Below are positions 27,385 through 41,144 of a stretch of DNA of 64,000 nt, in pieces. Position 1 is the stretch's first letter, and every line of letters starts with the position of its first letter. The notes below the pieces were generated by a model. It saw only the letters and a list, made by a program, of their open reading frames with translations. It was not told the origin of the DNA and did no database searches. Source of the DNA: Eledone cirrhosa (Eukaryota); NCBI GenBank assembly GCA_964016885.1, contig OZ024743.1:49724001-49788000 (forward strand). Direction: 5' to 3'. A program made the position numbers and the translations under genes.

Positions 27385-29605
27385 CTTTACTTTGATAGGT
27401 TTCGGCCAATATTGGCCCAGGCCATGTCTAACTTAATAGCACCACCTGGCGAAGTCTTACAAACCAGTGTTTGGGCACCATGGCCCACTCGAGCAGAGAG
27501 TTATTGTTTGTTTACGGAGGCATATCCGGGTGTAGGAGGCTTATCCGGGATTTCTTGAAGGAATTTGTCCAAAGACTTCTTGAACTTGATGGGGTCTGTT
27601 TCTGCTTTGATGTGTTTTGGTTCAATGCTAAAGAGAGCAGGGTCAATTGAGGTGAAATAATTGTGCCGTATTGTTGTTATGAGATGCGAGTGAGATTTTT
27701 GTCGTGGGCGGATAGCACGGGGCCCAAGCCTTGGGTGTACATTGATGGTGATGCCAACATCATTTGGGCAAAGCTGATGCAATATTTTCCACATCATGCA
27801 GATAATGTAGCACTCATGGCGACGTTGGAGAGAATAAAGGTTGAGCTTTTCTAATCGACTCCAATAGTCAAGGCCTGTCATGACATCTATCCTTTTTGTA
27901 ATTGACCTTTGGGGTGCTTCAACTTTCATGATACTTTGTTTCGTGTGGGGAGACCACAGTGGACAACAGTATTCAAGGTGGGGTCGGGCAAAAGTGGAGA
28001 AGAGAAGGATAACAGTGTGGATATCTCTCGACTGGAAAGTTCTGAGAATCCAGGAACACATTCTGCGGGCATATCAACTTTGCTGTTCATATGAGTGGCC
28101 CAGCTTATATTGTTGTCCACAATTACTCCCAGGTCTCTGATGTTATTGGATGCCAATAGAGTTTCACCCGAAGGAAGAGAGTATGGTAGTTTCAGGGCAT
28201 CCCTTTTTCCAAAGTGAATTAATTCAAACTTATCCTCATTCAACAGCATATTATTCATTTATGCCCATTGGATAACAGCCAGTAGATCTGACTGAAGGCA
28301 AGTCCGGTCACCCACCTCATTGATGACCCTTTGGAGCTTGGAATCATCTGCGAAGATTCTGATGTTGCTGTGCTTGATGTTGTCAGTAATGTCATTAATG
28401 TAGATGATGAAAAGAAGTGGGCCCAACACAGTGCCTTGTGGAACGCCAATGCTGACTTTGGCAGGGCTTGATTTTACTCCGTCGACTACAACATGCTGGG
28501 TTCTGCCTGTCAGGAAACATTTGATCCACTGTAGTAACCTTCCAGAGACACCAACATTGGATAGTTTTTCAGTAGAATGTTATGATCAACCCTGTCGAAG
28601 GCCTTTCTGAAATCAAGGTAGATGACATCAGTGTTGGAGCCCTCTCCCAAGGCTCTCAAAACATTGTCAAAGTGATGCAGGAGCTGCGTTAGGCAGTCTC
28701 TTCCATTACAGAACCCATGTAGGTTGGAGTTCAGCAGGCCGTTGCTTTCAAGAAAGTGGGTTATTCGTGATCTCACCACCCTCTCAAATACCTTGATAAT
28801 ATGAGAGGTGAGTGAGATCGGGCGGTAGTTCACTGCAAGGGACTTATTTCCCTTTTTGAATACTGGGACAACGGACCGGGACAAAAAGTTTTCAGGAATA
28901 TAGCCAGTAACCATTGAGTTCCTCCACATATTAGCAAGAGGAGATGCAAGTTGGTGTCGACACACCTCCAGGACACAAGCAGGGAACCTGTCGGGGCCTA
29001 CTGCTGAATTGTGTTTAATTTCGTTTATTGTCACTAAGACATCAGAGGCGCCAAACGTTATGTCTGATATAGTGTGTTGGGGATTAACATCACTGATACA
29101 GCCCAGATCGGCCATATCAGGATTGCTGAAAACAGAGCAGTATTGTTTCTGCAGTATCTCGCCCATGGTTTGGGCATTGTCCTGGAGTGTGCCATTTTCA
29201 TCAACTAGAGGGCCAATAGTGGAGACGGTGACCTTGTGTTTTTTAGCAAATGAAAAGAACACTTTGGGGTTGAGTTTGATTTTCTCAATGGTCCATTTCT
29301 CTTCAGCTGTTCTCTGGTTATTGATGATGGTCGTCATGCATTGTTGGAGATTATATATTTTTTTTTATTCAAGCAGGGTGATAGCCATTGAATGTGTGTT
29401 GCTGTTGGCAGTATTTTAGTGTGTTAATTTTTTTGTTTGTTCTTTTTATTTTTCTGATAATTGTTTTTCTGTTTTGTGGGATACCGCACTTTGCTCACAG
29501 GTTTTAGTGGGGTGTGTTTTGTACATATATTTGTGACAGTGTCTACAAAGATCTGCCCAGATCTTTTGATGTTGGTGGAAATGTGTGCGTGTGTAAAAGA
29601 CCAGT
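27385..29605 (-). pseudogene. CR1/L2-group LINE, 5'-truncated RT with frameshifts and an intact 3' end
   Basis: NYRPISLTSH, YLDFRKAFDRVDH, GVPQGTVLGP, FADDSK and RPHLEYCCPLWSP. 3' stem GGCC-AATATT-GGCC and a short AAAGT tail. Confidence 0.92.
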
Positions 29606-29607
29606 CA

Positions 29608-29702
<95 letters not shown>

Positions 29703-29814
29703 TATATAATGCCAATAATTGTAAGTTTGAATCTAACAGACATGCGAAAACATATATATATATAGGAATAAGTTAAGCTCAAATCATAGTAGATTCAAAT
29801 ATCACAGAGAGAAA

Positions 29815-29873
<59 letters not shown>

Positions 29874-29982
29874 GCAGGGGAGAAATGAGGTGCAACAGAA
29901 ATGAAACATGGATTACAGGTTAAAATATAGTCTAGATAGATGAGAAACAAAACGAGGATGTAGTTTATGGAACACCAAAATG

Positions 29983-30445
29983 ATTTAGAAGTCCACCTTA
30001 AGTAGGAGCAATAACATTAAGAAAGACATGAACGACTCCACATCATTTTGTTTTGAAAATTTTGAAAGTAAGTTTATAAGTATGAATTTTAATAAGATTT
30101 TCGTAGTTGTCTCTGTGGCCAAGCGGTAGGTACTAGAGACGATGGAGACCCTGGCCAAGTGTTCAATCCTGGTCAAGAGGTACATGTATCCCTTTTTCAG
30201 TTTTTATTTTTAACCAATAGAAAAAACTGAAAAGATTCACCGGGACCCTACACCCGACCAAGATCGAACTTCAGATCAGGATCACCACCGTCTATGATTC
30301 CTCCAACTAGGCCACCGAGACAGATACAGCAGTATGATGAAAATTGATAATTATAAACTTACTTTCAAAATCAAAGTTAAAACGGTGTGGTGTCGTTCAT
30401 GACTTTCCTAGAGCTATTAGTAATATTTAGGGTCGACTTCTGGTC
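29983..30445. other. Diverged inverted repeat made of two convergent tRNA-like (Pol III) units
   Basis: Plus arm TGGCCAAGCGG..GTTCAATCC; minus arm TGGCCTAGTTGG..GTTCGATC. Both end CTTTTCAGTTTT, and about 130 bp of upstream homology is shared. Confidence 0.55.
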
Positions 30446-30681
30446 ATTATTGAAAGTCCCTGGATTTCGCAAAATACATATTTTTTCTATTGGAGAAGGT
30501 AAGATATTTTTCCGCAAAAATTTGATTGCACTGTTTTGTTTCCACTTCCATGTATTTTTCGAAAATGTTATTTATTCATTATAAAAATTAAATGATAGCA
30601 TTCTATATGTAGGTGGGCCCCCTTTATCTGGCTCTGGCAACCAATATTTTTAGACCTAGTCCGCCACTGTATATATATATA

Positions 30682-30731
<50 letters not shown>

Positions 30732-30838
30732 TATACATGTATGTATGTATGTATGTATGTATGTATGTATGTATGTATGTATGTATGTATGTATGTATGT
30801 ATGTATGTATGTATGTATGTATGTATGTATCTCTCTCA

Positions 30839-30973
<135 letters not shown>

Positions 30974-31465
30974 TATGTATATTAATGTACACGCAGCGAC
31001 GAAAGAAGTTTTATTAAGAGTGGACTGCTGTATAAATTATTGAAAAAGAAAGAGAAAAAAGAAAAACGAAAGAAAGGAAAGCAATAATAAAAGAAGATGA
31101 AAGAGAAAAATAGGAGGAAGAAGGGGAGAAGGAGGGGGAATGGATGTGTATTGTAATATTGGTAAAATACAATTATTACACTAATCGATACTAGCAAAGA
31201 CAACATTAATCCAGAAGCAATGAAGCCTATTTTGGTAGTAATCAATAGTTATTGGTTGTTCATCCACTTCACTGAATATTGTCATCCGAAGTATTAGAGG
31301 AGAAAAACTGACTCAACTACAACTTCTGAATCACCTTTAACTCTTCACCAACCGTAGTCAGTAGTTCTGTTGAGAAATCATTTGTTCCTGGGGGTTTCCT
31401 AGGTCTCGCTGCTCACTTTTGCTAACAATTTACAACTAACTACCAGTTGTAAACCTATTGATGAT

Positions 31466-31655
31466 AATTGTGTCTAGTTTTGGCACAAGGCCAGCAATTA
31501 TCCTAGTGTATTACTGGTACTTTATTTTATCGACTCCGTAAAGATGAAAGGCAAAGTTAACCTCGGCGGGATTTAAAGTCAGACCATAAAGGGCCGTAAC
31601 TCTTTGCTGCTAAGCATGGCGTCCGACCCTCTACCGATACTGCCAATCCACCGCC
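31466..31655 (-). mobile_element. SINE family A
   Basis: Same consensus. 18-bp TSD AAACCTATTGATGATAAT. Confidence 0.92.
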
Positions 31656-31785
31656 AAACCTATTGATGATAATAACTGCATGTATGGCCATGTAACTCTA
31701 AAAGGAATCGCAGTGACACATCTTATGTCTTTTAAACCTGGTGGAGACCATCTCTCTCCAGGTTTCTGCGGAGCCGATTTCTTCG

Positions 31786-31978
31786 GGCGGACGCCATGCT
31801 TTGACGCATAGAGTTACGCTCCTTTATGATCTGAGTTTAAATCCTGCCGAGGTTAACTTTGCCTTTCATCCTTACGGGGTCGATAAAATAAAGTACCACT
31901 CACGCACTGGGGTCAATTTCATCGACTTTTCCCTCCCCACAAAAATGCTGGCTTTGTGCCTATATAAGAAACCATTAT
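31786..31978 (+). mobile_element. SINE family A, 5'-truncated, long-tail variant
   Basis: CGGACGCCATGCTTTGACG..GGGGTCGATAAAATAAAGTACC with an extra CTGGGGTCAATTTCATCGAC segment. Confidence 0.85.
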
Positions 31979-32444
31979 GATTTACTTGTTAAAACTATTA
32001 GATGTATTTCAATAACCAGCTGTAATAAGAAATATCAAAGACTTTCCAACCATGACAATCCAGTCAGCATATTGTTTAATATCTATGCAATGTGTAAAGA
32101 AAATGTTTCTTGAATACGAAGAAAAAGAATACATATGAAAGAAATTGTTAGAGGGAAGTAGAAGAAGAAGAAGAAGTAGAAGAAGAAGAAGAAGAAGAAA
32201 GTGATAGCGATATAGAGTAAGAATCAACCCAGTACTGGATGGATAATTTATTAACTTCGAATAGATGAAAAACAAAGATGACCTTGGTGGGATTTGAACT
32301 CAGACTGCTGAGACCGGAACAAATACTGCAACACATTGTATCAGACGTTCAAGCGGTTCTGTCAATTCACCACGTCATCTGAGAGTATTTATCGCTATTA
32401 AAATACAGGGCTCGTTTCGCGTCTTTCTTTTCTTTGGCCCTATT

Positions 32445-32763
32445 CGGTCACGAATGACCATGGTTTTACACCTAGAAAGTTTCCCTCCGAGGCACAAGCC
32501 TGGGCAAGGTTTGTGGAAGACCAGTAGTAGCCCATGCATACCAACCTCCCCTCTCCACGCCACCGATGTTGTCCAAGGGAAAGGTAATGACCGATACAGC
32601 TTGGCACCAGTGACGTCGCAACTCATTTTTACAGCTGAGTAAACTGGAGCAACGTGAAATAAAGTGTCTGCTCAAGGAAACAACGCATCACCCGGTCCGA
32701 GAATCGAACTCAGAACCTCTTAATTGCAAGCCCAAATCTCTAACCACTAAGCCATGCGCCTTC
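32445..32763 (-). mobile_element. tRNA-derived SINE family B (CORE-like domain), 3' module type 1
   Basis: GGCGCATGGCTTAGTGGTTAG (A box), GAGTTCGATTC (B box) and TTGAGCAGACACTTTATTTCACGTTGCTCCAGTTTACTCAGCTG. Confidence 0.85.
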
Positions 32764-33194
32764 TCATGCGTTTCGCGTCTATCGCTATTGAAACCACCTA
32801 TATCTTTGGTCCTCAGACTGCCGCTTATCTCGGAGCATCAGGCTGGGTTTCTGCTCTGTACCACCAGCCTGACTGATTTCTTGTCTTCTCCCTCAATGGC
32901 GTATAATTCCGGGAGAGCTCTTTAGTCTTTGGGGTTCATACGGGTTTGCTTATCCTTGCAGACCGCAAACACACACTCTCATCAGACCGCACACGCACAC
33001 TCTCATCAGACCGCACACACACACTCTCTTGCCTCACACCAACGCTCACTACTCATACTGCATCACAACTCATACTGCATTTGATGAGAAAACAAAGGTC
33101 AACATCTGTACCAGTGTCTCGTGGTTCTCGTGACCTTAACGGGACTTGAACTTCCAAAGGTTGCGAAGAAAAAAGAAATTTCAGCGTCTCTTAG

Positions 33195-33380
33195 CTAACA
33201 ATTTTAGGGCATGGAACTGTCGATTAAATTGACCCCAGTGCATTACTGGTGTTTTATTTTATCGACCCCGTAAGGATGAAAGGCAAAGCTAACCTCGGTG
33301 GGATTTTATCGTAAAGGGCCGTAACTCTATTCTTCAAAGCATGTTGTCCGACGCTCTAGCGATACTGCCAATTCATCGCC
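33195..33380 (-). mobile_element. SINE family A, diverged
   Basis: ATCGACCCCGTAAGGATGAAAGGCAAAG core on the plus strand. Confidence 0.85.
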
Positions 33381-33444
33381 GTTTTAGCTGATTTTGTGAT
33401 CTTTTGGTTACTTCGCTTTCTCGTAAAATCGAACACCTGATACT

Positions 33445-35322
33445 GATTGATAGAATAGTGATTGACGGAATAGCGATTGACGGAATAGTGATTGACGGAA
33501 TAGTGATTGACGGAATAGCGATTGACGGAATAGTGATTGACGGAATAGTGATTGACGGAATAGCGATTGACGGAATAGTAATTGACGGAATAGCGATTGA
33601 CGGAATAGCGATTGACGGAATAGTGATTGACGGAATAGCGATTGACGGAATAGTGATTGACGGAATAGCGATTGACGGAATAGTAATTGAAGGAATAGCG
33701 ATTGACGGAATAGCGATTGACAGAATAGTGATTGACGGAATAGCGATTGACGGAATAGTGATTGACGAAATAGCGATTGACGGAATAGCGATTGACGGAA
33801 TAGCGATTGACGGAATAGTGATTGACGGAATAGCGATTGACGGAATAGTGATTGACGGAATAGCGATTGACGGAATAGTAATTGAAGGAATAGCGATTGA
33901 CGGAATAGCGATTGACAGAATAGTGATTGACGGAATAGCGATTGACGGAATAGTGATTGACGGAATAGCGATTGACGGAATAGCGATTGACGGAATAGCG
34001 ATTGACGGAATAGCGATTGACGGAATAAGTGATTGACGGAATAGTGATTGACGGAATAGCGATTGACGGAATAGTAATTGACGGAATAGCGAATGACGGA
34101 GTAGCGATTGACGGAATAGTGATTGACAGAATAGTGATTGACGGAATAGCGATTGACGGAATAGTGATTGACGGAATAGTGATTGACGGAATAGCGATTG
34201 CCGGAATAGTGATTGACGGAATAGCGATTGACGGAATAGCGATTGACGGAATAGCGATTGACGGAATAGCGATTGACGGAATAGTGATTGACCGAATAGC
34301 GATTGACGGAATAGTGATTGAATGAATAGCGATTGACGGAATAGCGATTGACGGAATAGCGATTGACGGAGTAGCGATTGACGGAATAGTGATTGACGGA
34401 ATAGTGATTGACGGAATAGCGACTGATGGAATAGTGATTGACGGAATAGTGATTGACGGAATAGCGATTGACGGAATAGTGATTGACGAAATAGCGATTG
34501 ACGGAATAGCGATTGACGGAATAGCGATTGACGGAATAGTGATTGACGGAATAGCGATTGACGGAATAGTGATTGACGGAATAGCGATTGACGGAATAGT
34601 AATTGAAGGAATAGCGATTGACGGAATAGCGATTGACAGAATAGTGATTGACGGAATAGCGATTGACGGAATAGTGATTGACGGAATAGCGATTGACGGA
34701 ATAGCGATTGACGGAATAGCGATTGACGGAATAGCGATTGACGGAATAAGTGATTGACGGAATAGTGATTGACGGAATAGCGATTGACGGAATAGTAATT
34801 GACGGAATAGCGAATGACGGAGTAGCGATTGACGGAATAGTGATTGACGGAATAGTGATTGACGGAATAGCGATTGACGGAATAGTGATTGACGGAATAG
34901 TGATTGACGGAATAGCGATTGCCGGAATAGTGATTGACGGAATAGCGATTGACGGAATAGCGATTGACGGAATAGCGATTGACGGAATAGCGATTGACGG
35001 AATAGTGATTGACCGAATAGCGATTGACGGAATAGTGATTGAATGAATAGCGATTGACGGAATAGCGATTGACGGAATAGCGATTGACGGAGTAGCGATT
35101 GACGGAATAGTGATTGACGGAATAGTGATTGACGGAATAGCGACTGATGGAATAGTGATTGACGGAATAGTGACTGGTAGAATAGTGATTGATGGAATAG
35201 CGATTGACGGAAAAGTGATTGACGGAATAGTGATTGACGGAATAGTGATTGACGGAATAGCGATTGACGGAATAGCGATTGACGGAAAAGTGATTGACGG
35301 AATAGTGATTGGTGGAATAGTG
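33445..35322. repeat. 15-bp satellite (GATTGACGGAATAGY), about 125 units
   Basis: Direct 15-bp periodicity with few variants. Confidence 0.98.
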
Positions 35323-35534
35323 ATACTACCATGGTGATATTACCATGGTGATATTACCATGGTGATACTACCATGAAATGGATCAATAACTAGAAAGATA
35401 TTCATGATGTTGTTATTGATGTTTGTAGCGTATTGTGCTTAACTCCTTTTTATTAGTGGAACAGAAAAACAGGAGAGAGGGGGGGGGGAGAAAGAAAGGA
35501 GAAACAATATGATGGTGTATATGTATATATATAT

Positions 35535-35728
35535 AACGAAGGAAGTGTGGTAAGGAACCAGGTGGACCATAACGCGCCAGGGTACTCGACACTTAGGGTA
35601 GTAGAGTGGGTAATAGGAAAAGAGTCAGGACCCCGACGACAGAGCTCAAGCCGTTTCGACGGCTATATCTGGACTCGATATAGCCGTCGAAACGGCTTGA
35701 CCTCTGCCGTCGGGGTCCTGAACCTTTT

Positions 35729-35732
<4 letters not shown>
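35535..35732 (-). mobile_element. (TA)n-embedded hairpin element, most complete copy
   Basis: About 120-bp near-perfect foldback (TAGGAAAA..TTTTCCTA) plus an 80-bp tail, with TA repeats on both sides. Confidence 0.8.
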
Positions 35733-35791
<59 letters not shown>

Positions 35792-35935
35792 CTAAAAAAT
35801 AAATCATACAAAAAACGGCAGCACCAACAGTTTTGCAAGAGATGTCAACATCAATGGACCTATTATTTTTATCTAAAGACATTTTTTCCAATTCCAACCC
35901 GTCCGTCCCCTCAATCTATTTTATTTCTCATTCTT

Positions 35936-35971
35936 TCTTCTGATGAAGGGCTAGCGTCCGAAACGTTAAGA
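35936..35971 (+). ncRNA. Minimal type I hammerhead ribozyme
   Basis: UCUU-CUGAUGA-AGGGC(UAGC)GUCC-GAAA-CG-UU|AAGA. Confidence 0.7.
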
Positions 35972-36073
35972 CCCTCTTCCTGCTATATCAAGCGTTAACC
36001 TAATATATCCCTTCCATATACTGTACCGATTGTGTTGTTATTTCTGTTTACCTTTTACACACACACACACACA

Positions 36074-36158
<85 letters not shown>

Positions 36159-36159
36159 C

Positions 36160-36191
<32 letters not shown>

Positions 36192-36262
36192 AGTTAAAAC
36201 AAAAAACAAAAACAATAACGAAGAGTGCATATATATACGAGCACACCATCATACTGTCTCTC

Positions 36263-36293
<31 letters not shown>

Positions 36294-36906
36294 GGAAAGG
36301 AAATGTCAACGAAACTCGGAACCCGCAGCTATATTATTTGATTCTATTCAATCTGCTCACATCCAGCACACTGGCTGATTACCGAACAACCATTAAAACA
36401 CCATCCAATTAGCTCCCTTTAATGCAGGCAAAAATCTTTTGTCAAGTGAGATAAAAAAAAAGGTACTAATTGTCACTGAATGCTTGTTCGATTAGCTCCA
36501 TGATCATTTCGTATTGATCTCATATTCTTTTATTTCTTCATCTCAGCACTTTCTTCAACTTTGAACTTCCACTTTTCTTAACATCTACGAATTCCTTCTC
36601 TTCTGCTTAGTTTTAATCGGGGTTTCCATTGTTCTCAAATCTGCTTCCTTGCAAAAGATTTTGCCTCTCATTCCGACGCCCTCTTCACTCCTCTCTAACT
36701 TCAATACGCTCTCTCTTTCTCTCTCACCCCTCTCTCACTCCCCCCCTCTCTCTCTCAAAATACACACCCGTACCACATGACACACACCTATATATGTATA
36801 GTAGTGAGTCTATATGTATGTATATATATACACACTCACTACTATGTGATTTGCAAACTGCTCAAATTCTATCAACGCCTTCAGTTTGAAACAAATTCTA
36901 AGCACT

Positions 36907-36987
<81 letters not shown>

Positions 36988-37014
36988 CCTCTCTCTCTAT
37001 CTCTCTCACTCTCC

Positions 37015-37062
<48 letters not shown>

Positions 37063-37637
37063 ATCTTTCTCTCTCTCTCTCTATCTCTATCTCTCCCTAT
37101 CTCTCACCCCTCTCTCTCTCATCTCTTTACTGCCCTTTCAACTCCCACCATCACTTCTCTCTCCTTCTCTCCCTCTTACTACGCCTTTTTTTTATCTCTC
37201 TTCCTCTGTCTCCAATATTTTTCTTGTTTCTTGCATTCATTCTCTCTTGTCTTTCGACGCCACACCACATATTTTCTCCCCCCTCATCCTCCACCTACTC
37301 CCCCCCCACCTTTCAGTCCCATAGTTTATGTAATTCTCTCATCCAACCACTAAGCTACATTCCACCCGCTCCAACATTCAACAACCTATAATACTACACC
37401 ACACACCATACAATATAATTAACGATTTCTATGAAAGCCAACAAGATCTGAAGACACACAGTTCCACAGTTCCACAGTTCTACAGTTCTACGGCTCCATC
37501 GCCATTCTACTCTACCAACACTTTCTCTCCATTATTTATTGGACTTGGAATTCTGGCATTATATATCTGTATTTTACTATAACTTTTGTCGCTGAATCTA
37601 TATTTTTGGATTATTTACATTGGTCAGTAGCGAGAGG

Positions 37638-37723
<86 letters not shown>

Positions 37724-37726
<3 letters not shown>

Positions 37727-38748
37727 ATACTTGGGGAGGGTCATATTGTTGTAATAATATTACCAGAAATAATAACAGGACACTCTCACTGTTTGGTTGG
37801 TTTTCGCTTCTGTATCTTTTATATCTCCACAGTTAATTTATTTGGTCCTCAATGTTTATCATTGACTGACCAACGGTCAAAAATACAGATATAAATACAT
37901 ATATCAATATATATGTATTTATATCCGGATAAACTGTAAAACTAGAAACGTAGTCTATAGCATAAGATGTACAGAGGGTACTTGCAGAAACATGACAACA
38001 ACATACATAGGCGAGACAGCTCGTAGCATAGGTGAAAGGATAGACCAACACTGGGGGGAACTAAAAGGACGAAAAAACGGTTCAGTACTATACGAACATG
38101 TCAGACAACAACACGACGGTAACATAGACAACATAGAAATTAGAATAATATCTAAACATAGAAATGACCCAGCAGATAGGTAAATCAGAGAGGCCAGCGA
38201 AATAGAACTTAGAAGGCCAAGGTTAAAGAGAAAAAATGAATGGAATAACAACAACACCCAAACAAACAATACTGACCTAAGAGAAGTATAAATAAATAAA
38301 TAAATACATACACAAGCACAATAACAACAAACACATATAAACACACACTAGTAAACTAAGATAGAATACAATAACCAGTACACAGTCACCCAAACACTAT
38401 ACACACACGCAAACGCATGCGCAGAGAAGACAAAAAAAATAATAATAAATAAACAGACTAAATAAAGATGGCGTAGGCATACAATACAACGGAAGGAAAC
38501 ATAGTAGCACTACTGACGATGTTGCAGATGTGCAACAAAAGAACTTTGTTAGACTATATATATGTGTTTGTGTCTATATTATATCTGTATTTTTGACCGG
38601 TGGTCAGTCAATGGTAACATTGAGGACCGAATAAATTAAATTAACCGATATAAAAGACACAAGCGAAAACCAACCAAACAGTGAGTGCGTTCTGTTATTA
38701 ATTATGGCAATATTATTACACAAATATGACCATCCCCAAGTATAACAA
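37724..38748 (+). mobile_element. Penelope/Neptune-type PLE fragment bounded by inverted pLTR ends
   Basis: TTTYIGETARSIGERIDQH GIY-YIG motif and a hammerhead relic at 38501-38556 (GAAA changed to AAAA). 37724-37905 is the inverted counterpart of 38575-38748, with (TA)n outside. Confidence 0.82.
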
Positions 38749-38874
38749 TATATATACAAATATATATATATATCAATATATATACATATATACATATATA
38801 CATATATACATATATATATATATACATAAACATATGTATATATCATATATATATACACACACATATATATATAT

Positions 38875-38998
<124 letters not shown>

Positions 38999-39280
38999 TT
39001 AATGTAAAGGATGATGTACTCATGCGCAGAGATGTTATAAAATATATCTTATAAATAGAGTGATGGTTCTTAAAATACGGGAACAGAAGCTTCCATCGGC
39101 CGTTATAAAGAATATCTGGAGATATAGGTTTGAATTCTTCATAACGGCCAATGGCAACTTCTTTTTCCGTCTTTTATGTGACTTCCCCCTATTCTCTGCG
39201 CATGAGCACATCATCCCTTACATTAACTATATAATCTCAGCACTTAAAAGTGTGATATGCTACGTATAATGTTTATATAT

Positions 39281-39354
<74 letters not shown>

Positions 39355-39498
39355 TTTAGTACAGCATTGACGAAGCTTTAGAATACGGCTAAGATAGCGT
39401 ATATACATATTCGGTCTGTAGCTTGAGCACTCAGATGAGGAAAGACCCCAGAGTAATAACGTTACGTTCAGACAGCTTAGCAAATCAGATATAGCGGT

Positions 39499-39644
<146 letters not shown>

Positions 39645-39769
39645 ATGTATGTATGTATATATATATATATATATATATATCTGTGTGACAGCTCACACCT
39701 ATGAAGGTTTAGCTGGCCTCCTCCAAGGTATATCTGATTGGAGGTGTCTTGGGTGATTTAATGATAGGG

Positions 39770-39885
39770 ACCCCAGTCCCTATCATCTCATTTCTACAGC
39801 TGAGTAAACTGGAGCAACGTGAAATAAAGTGTCTTGCTCAAGGAAACAACACATCACCCGGTTCGGGAATTGAACTCACAACCTT
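39770..39885 (-). mobile_element. SINE family B fragment
   Basis: CAGCTGAGTAAACTGGAGCAACGTGAAATAAAGTGTCTTGCTCAAGG. Confidence 0.8.
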
Positions 39886-39894
39886 CACTATATG

Positions 39895-39929
<35 letters not shown>

Positions 39930-40017
39930 TCACACACACACACATATATATATTCACACACACGCACACACACATATATTCACACACACATACACACACA
40001 TATATATTCACACACGC

Positions 40018-40129
<112 letters not shown>

Positions 40130-40349
40130 TATAGGGGAAAATGACAGATGGCCGGAAAGGTTGTATTCTTTTAGATTTTATTACTGCAAACAATATTCAC
40201 ATTTCAGTGGCCAGGTGACATCATCAGGTGTATAATTGCATAATAGTTAGGAAGAATCAGAGATAACGTCGAGTGCTTTCATAATAATACATCATGATTT
40301 ACTTCGAGGATAGACCAATTCTACCTAGTGGTGACCACCTAACTTAATC

Positions 40350-40410
<61 letters not shown>

Positions 40411-40770
40411 TATATGTATATACATACATACATAAGGGTGTGTGTGAAAGAGAGAGAGAATAATAGATACACACAATCACAGGCACACAAACATATATAT
40501 ATGTATGTGTGTGTATGTGTCTGTATGTGTGTATGTGTGTATATGTGTATGTGTGTGTGTATGCGTGTATGTGTGTATGTGTGTCTGTATGTGTGTATGT
40601 GTGTATGTGTGTGTGTATGTGTGTATATGTGTATGTGTGTGTGTATGTGTGTATGTGTATGTGTATGTGTGTATGTGTGTGTATGTGTGTATGTGCGTAT
40701 GTGCATTTTAACGCCTTCCTCGATTAACATAACCAATTTTCATATTTCACAATGCTTCAAGCAAACTACA

Positions 40771-40858
<88 letters not shown>

Positions 40859-40917
40859 GTGTGTGTGTGTATAGTGTGAGGGTGCGGGGAAGAGATTGTG
40901 ACTGGATTGGTAGATTG

Positions 40918-41043
<126 letters not shown>

Positions 41044-41054
41044 CTGTATATATT

Positions 41055-41144
<90 letters not shown>

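Noticed and set aside
33356-35332. 658-aa ORF and pentapeptide-like IDGIA repeats
   Set aside because: Translation of a 15-bp satellite. Single-base insertions shift the frame without consequence.
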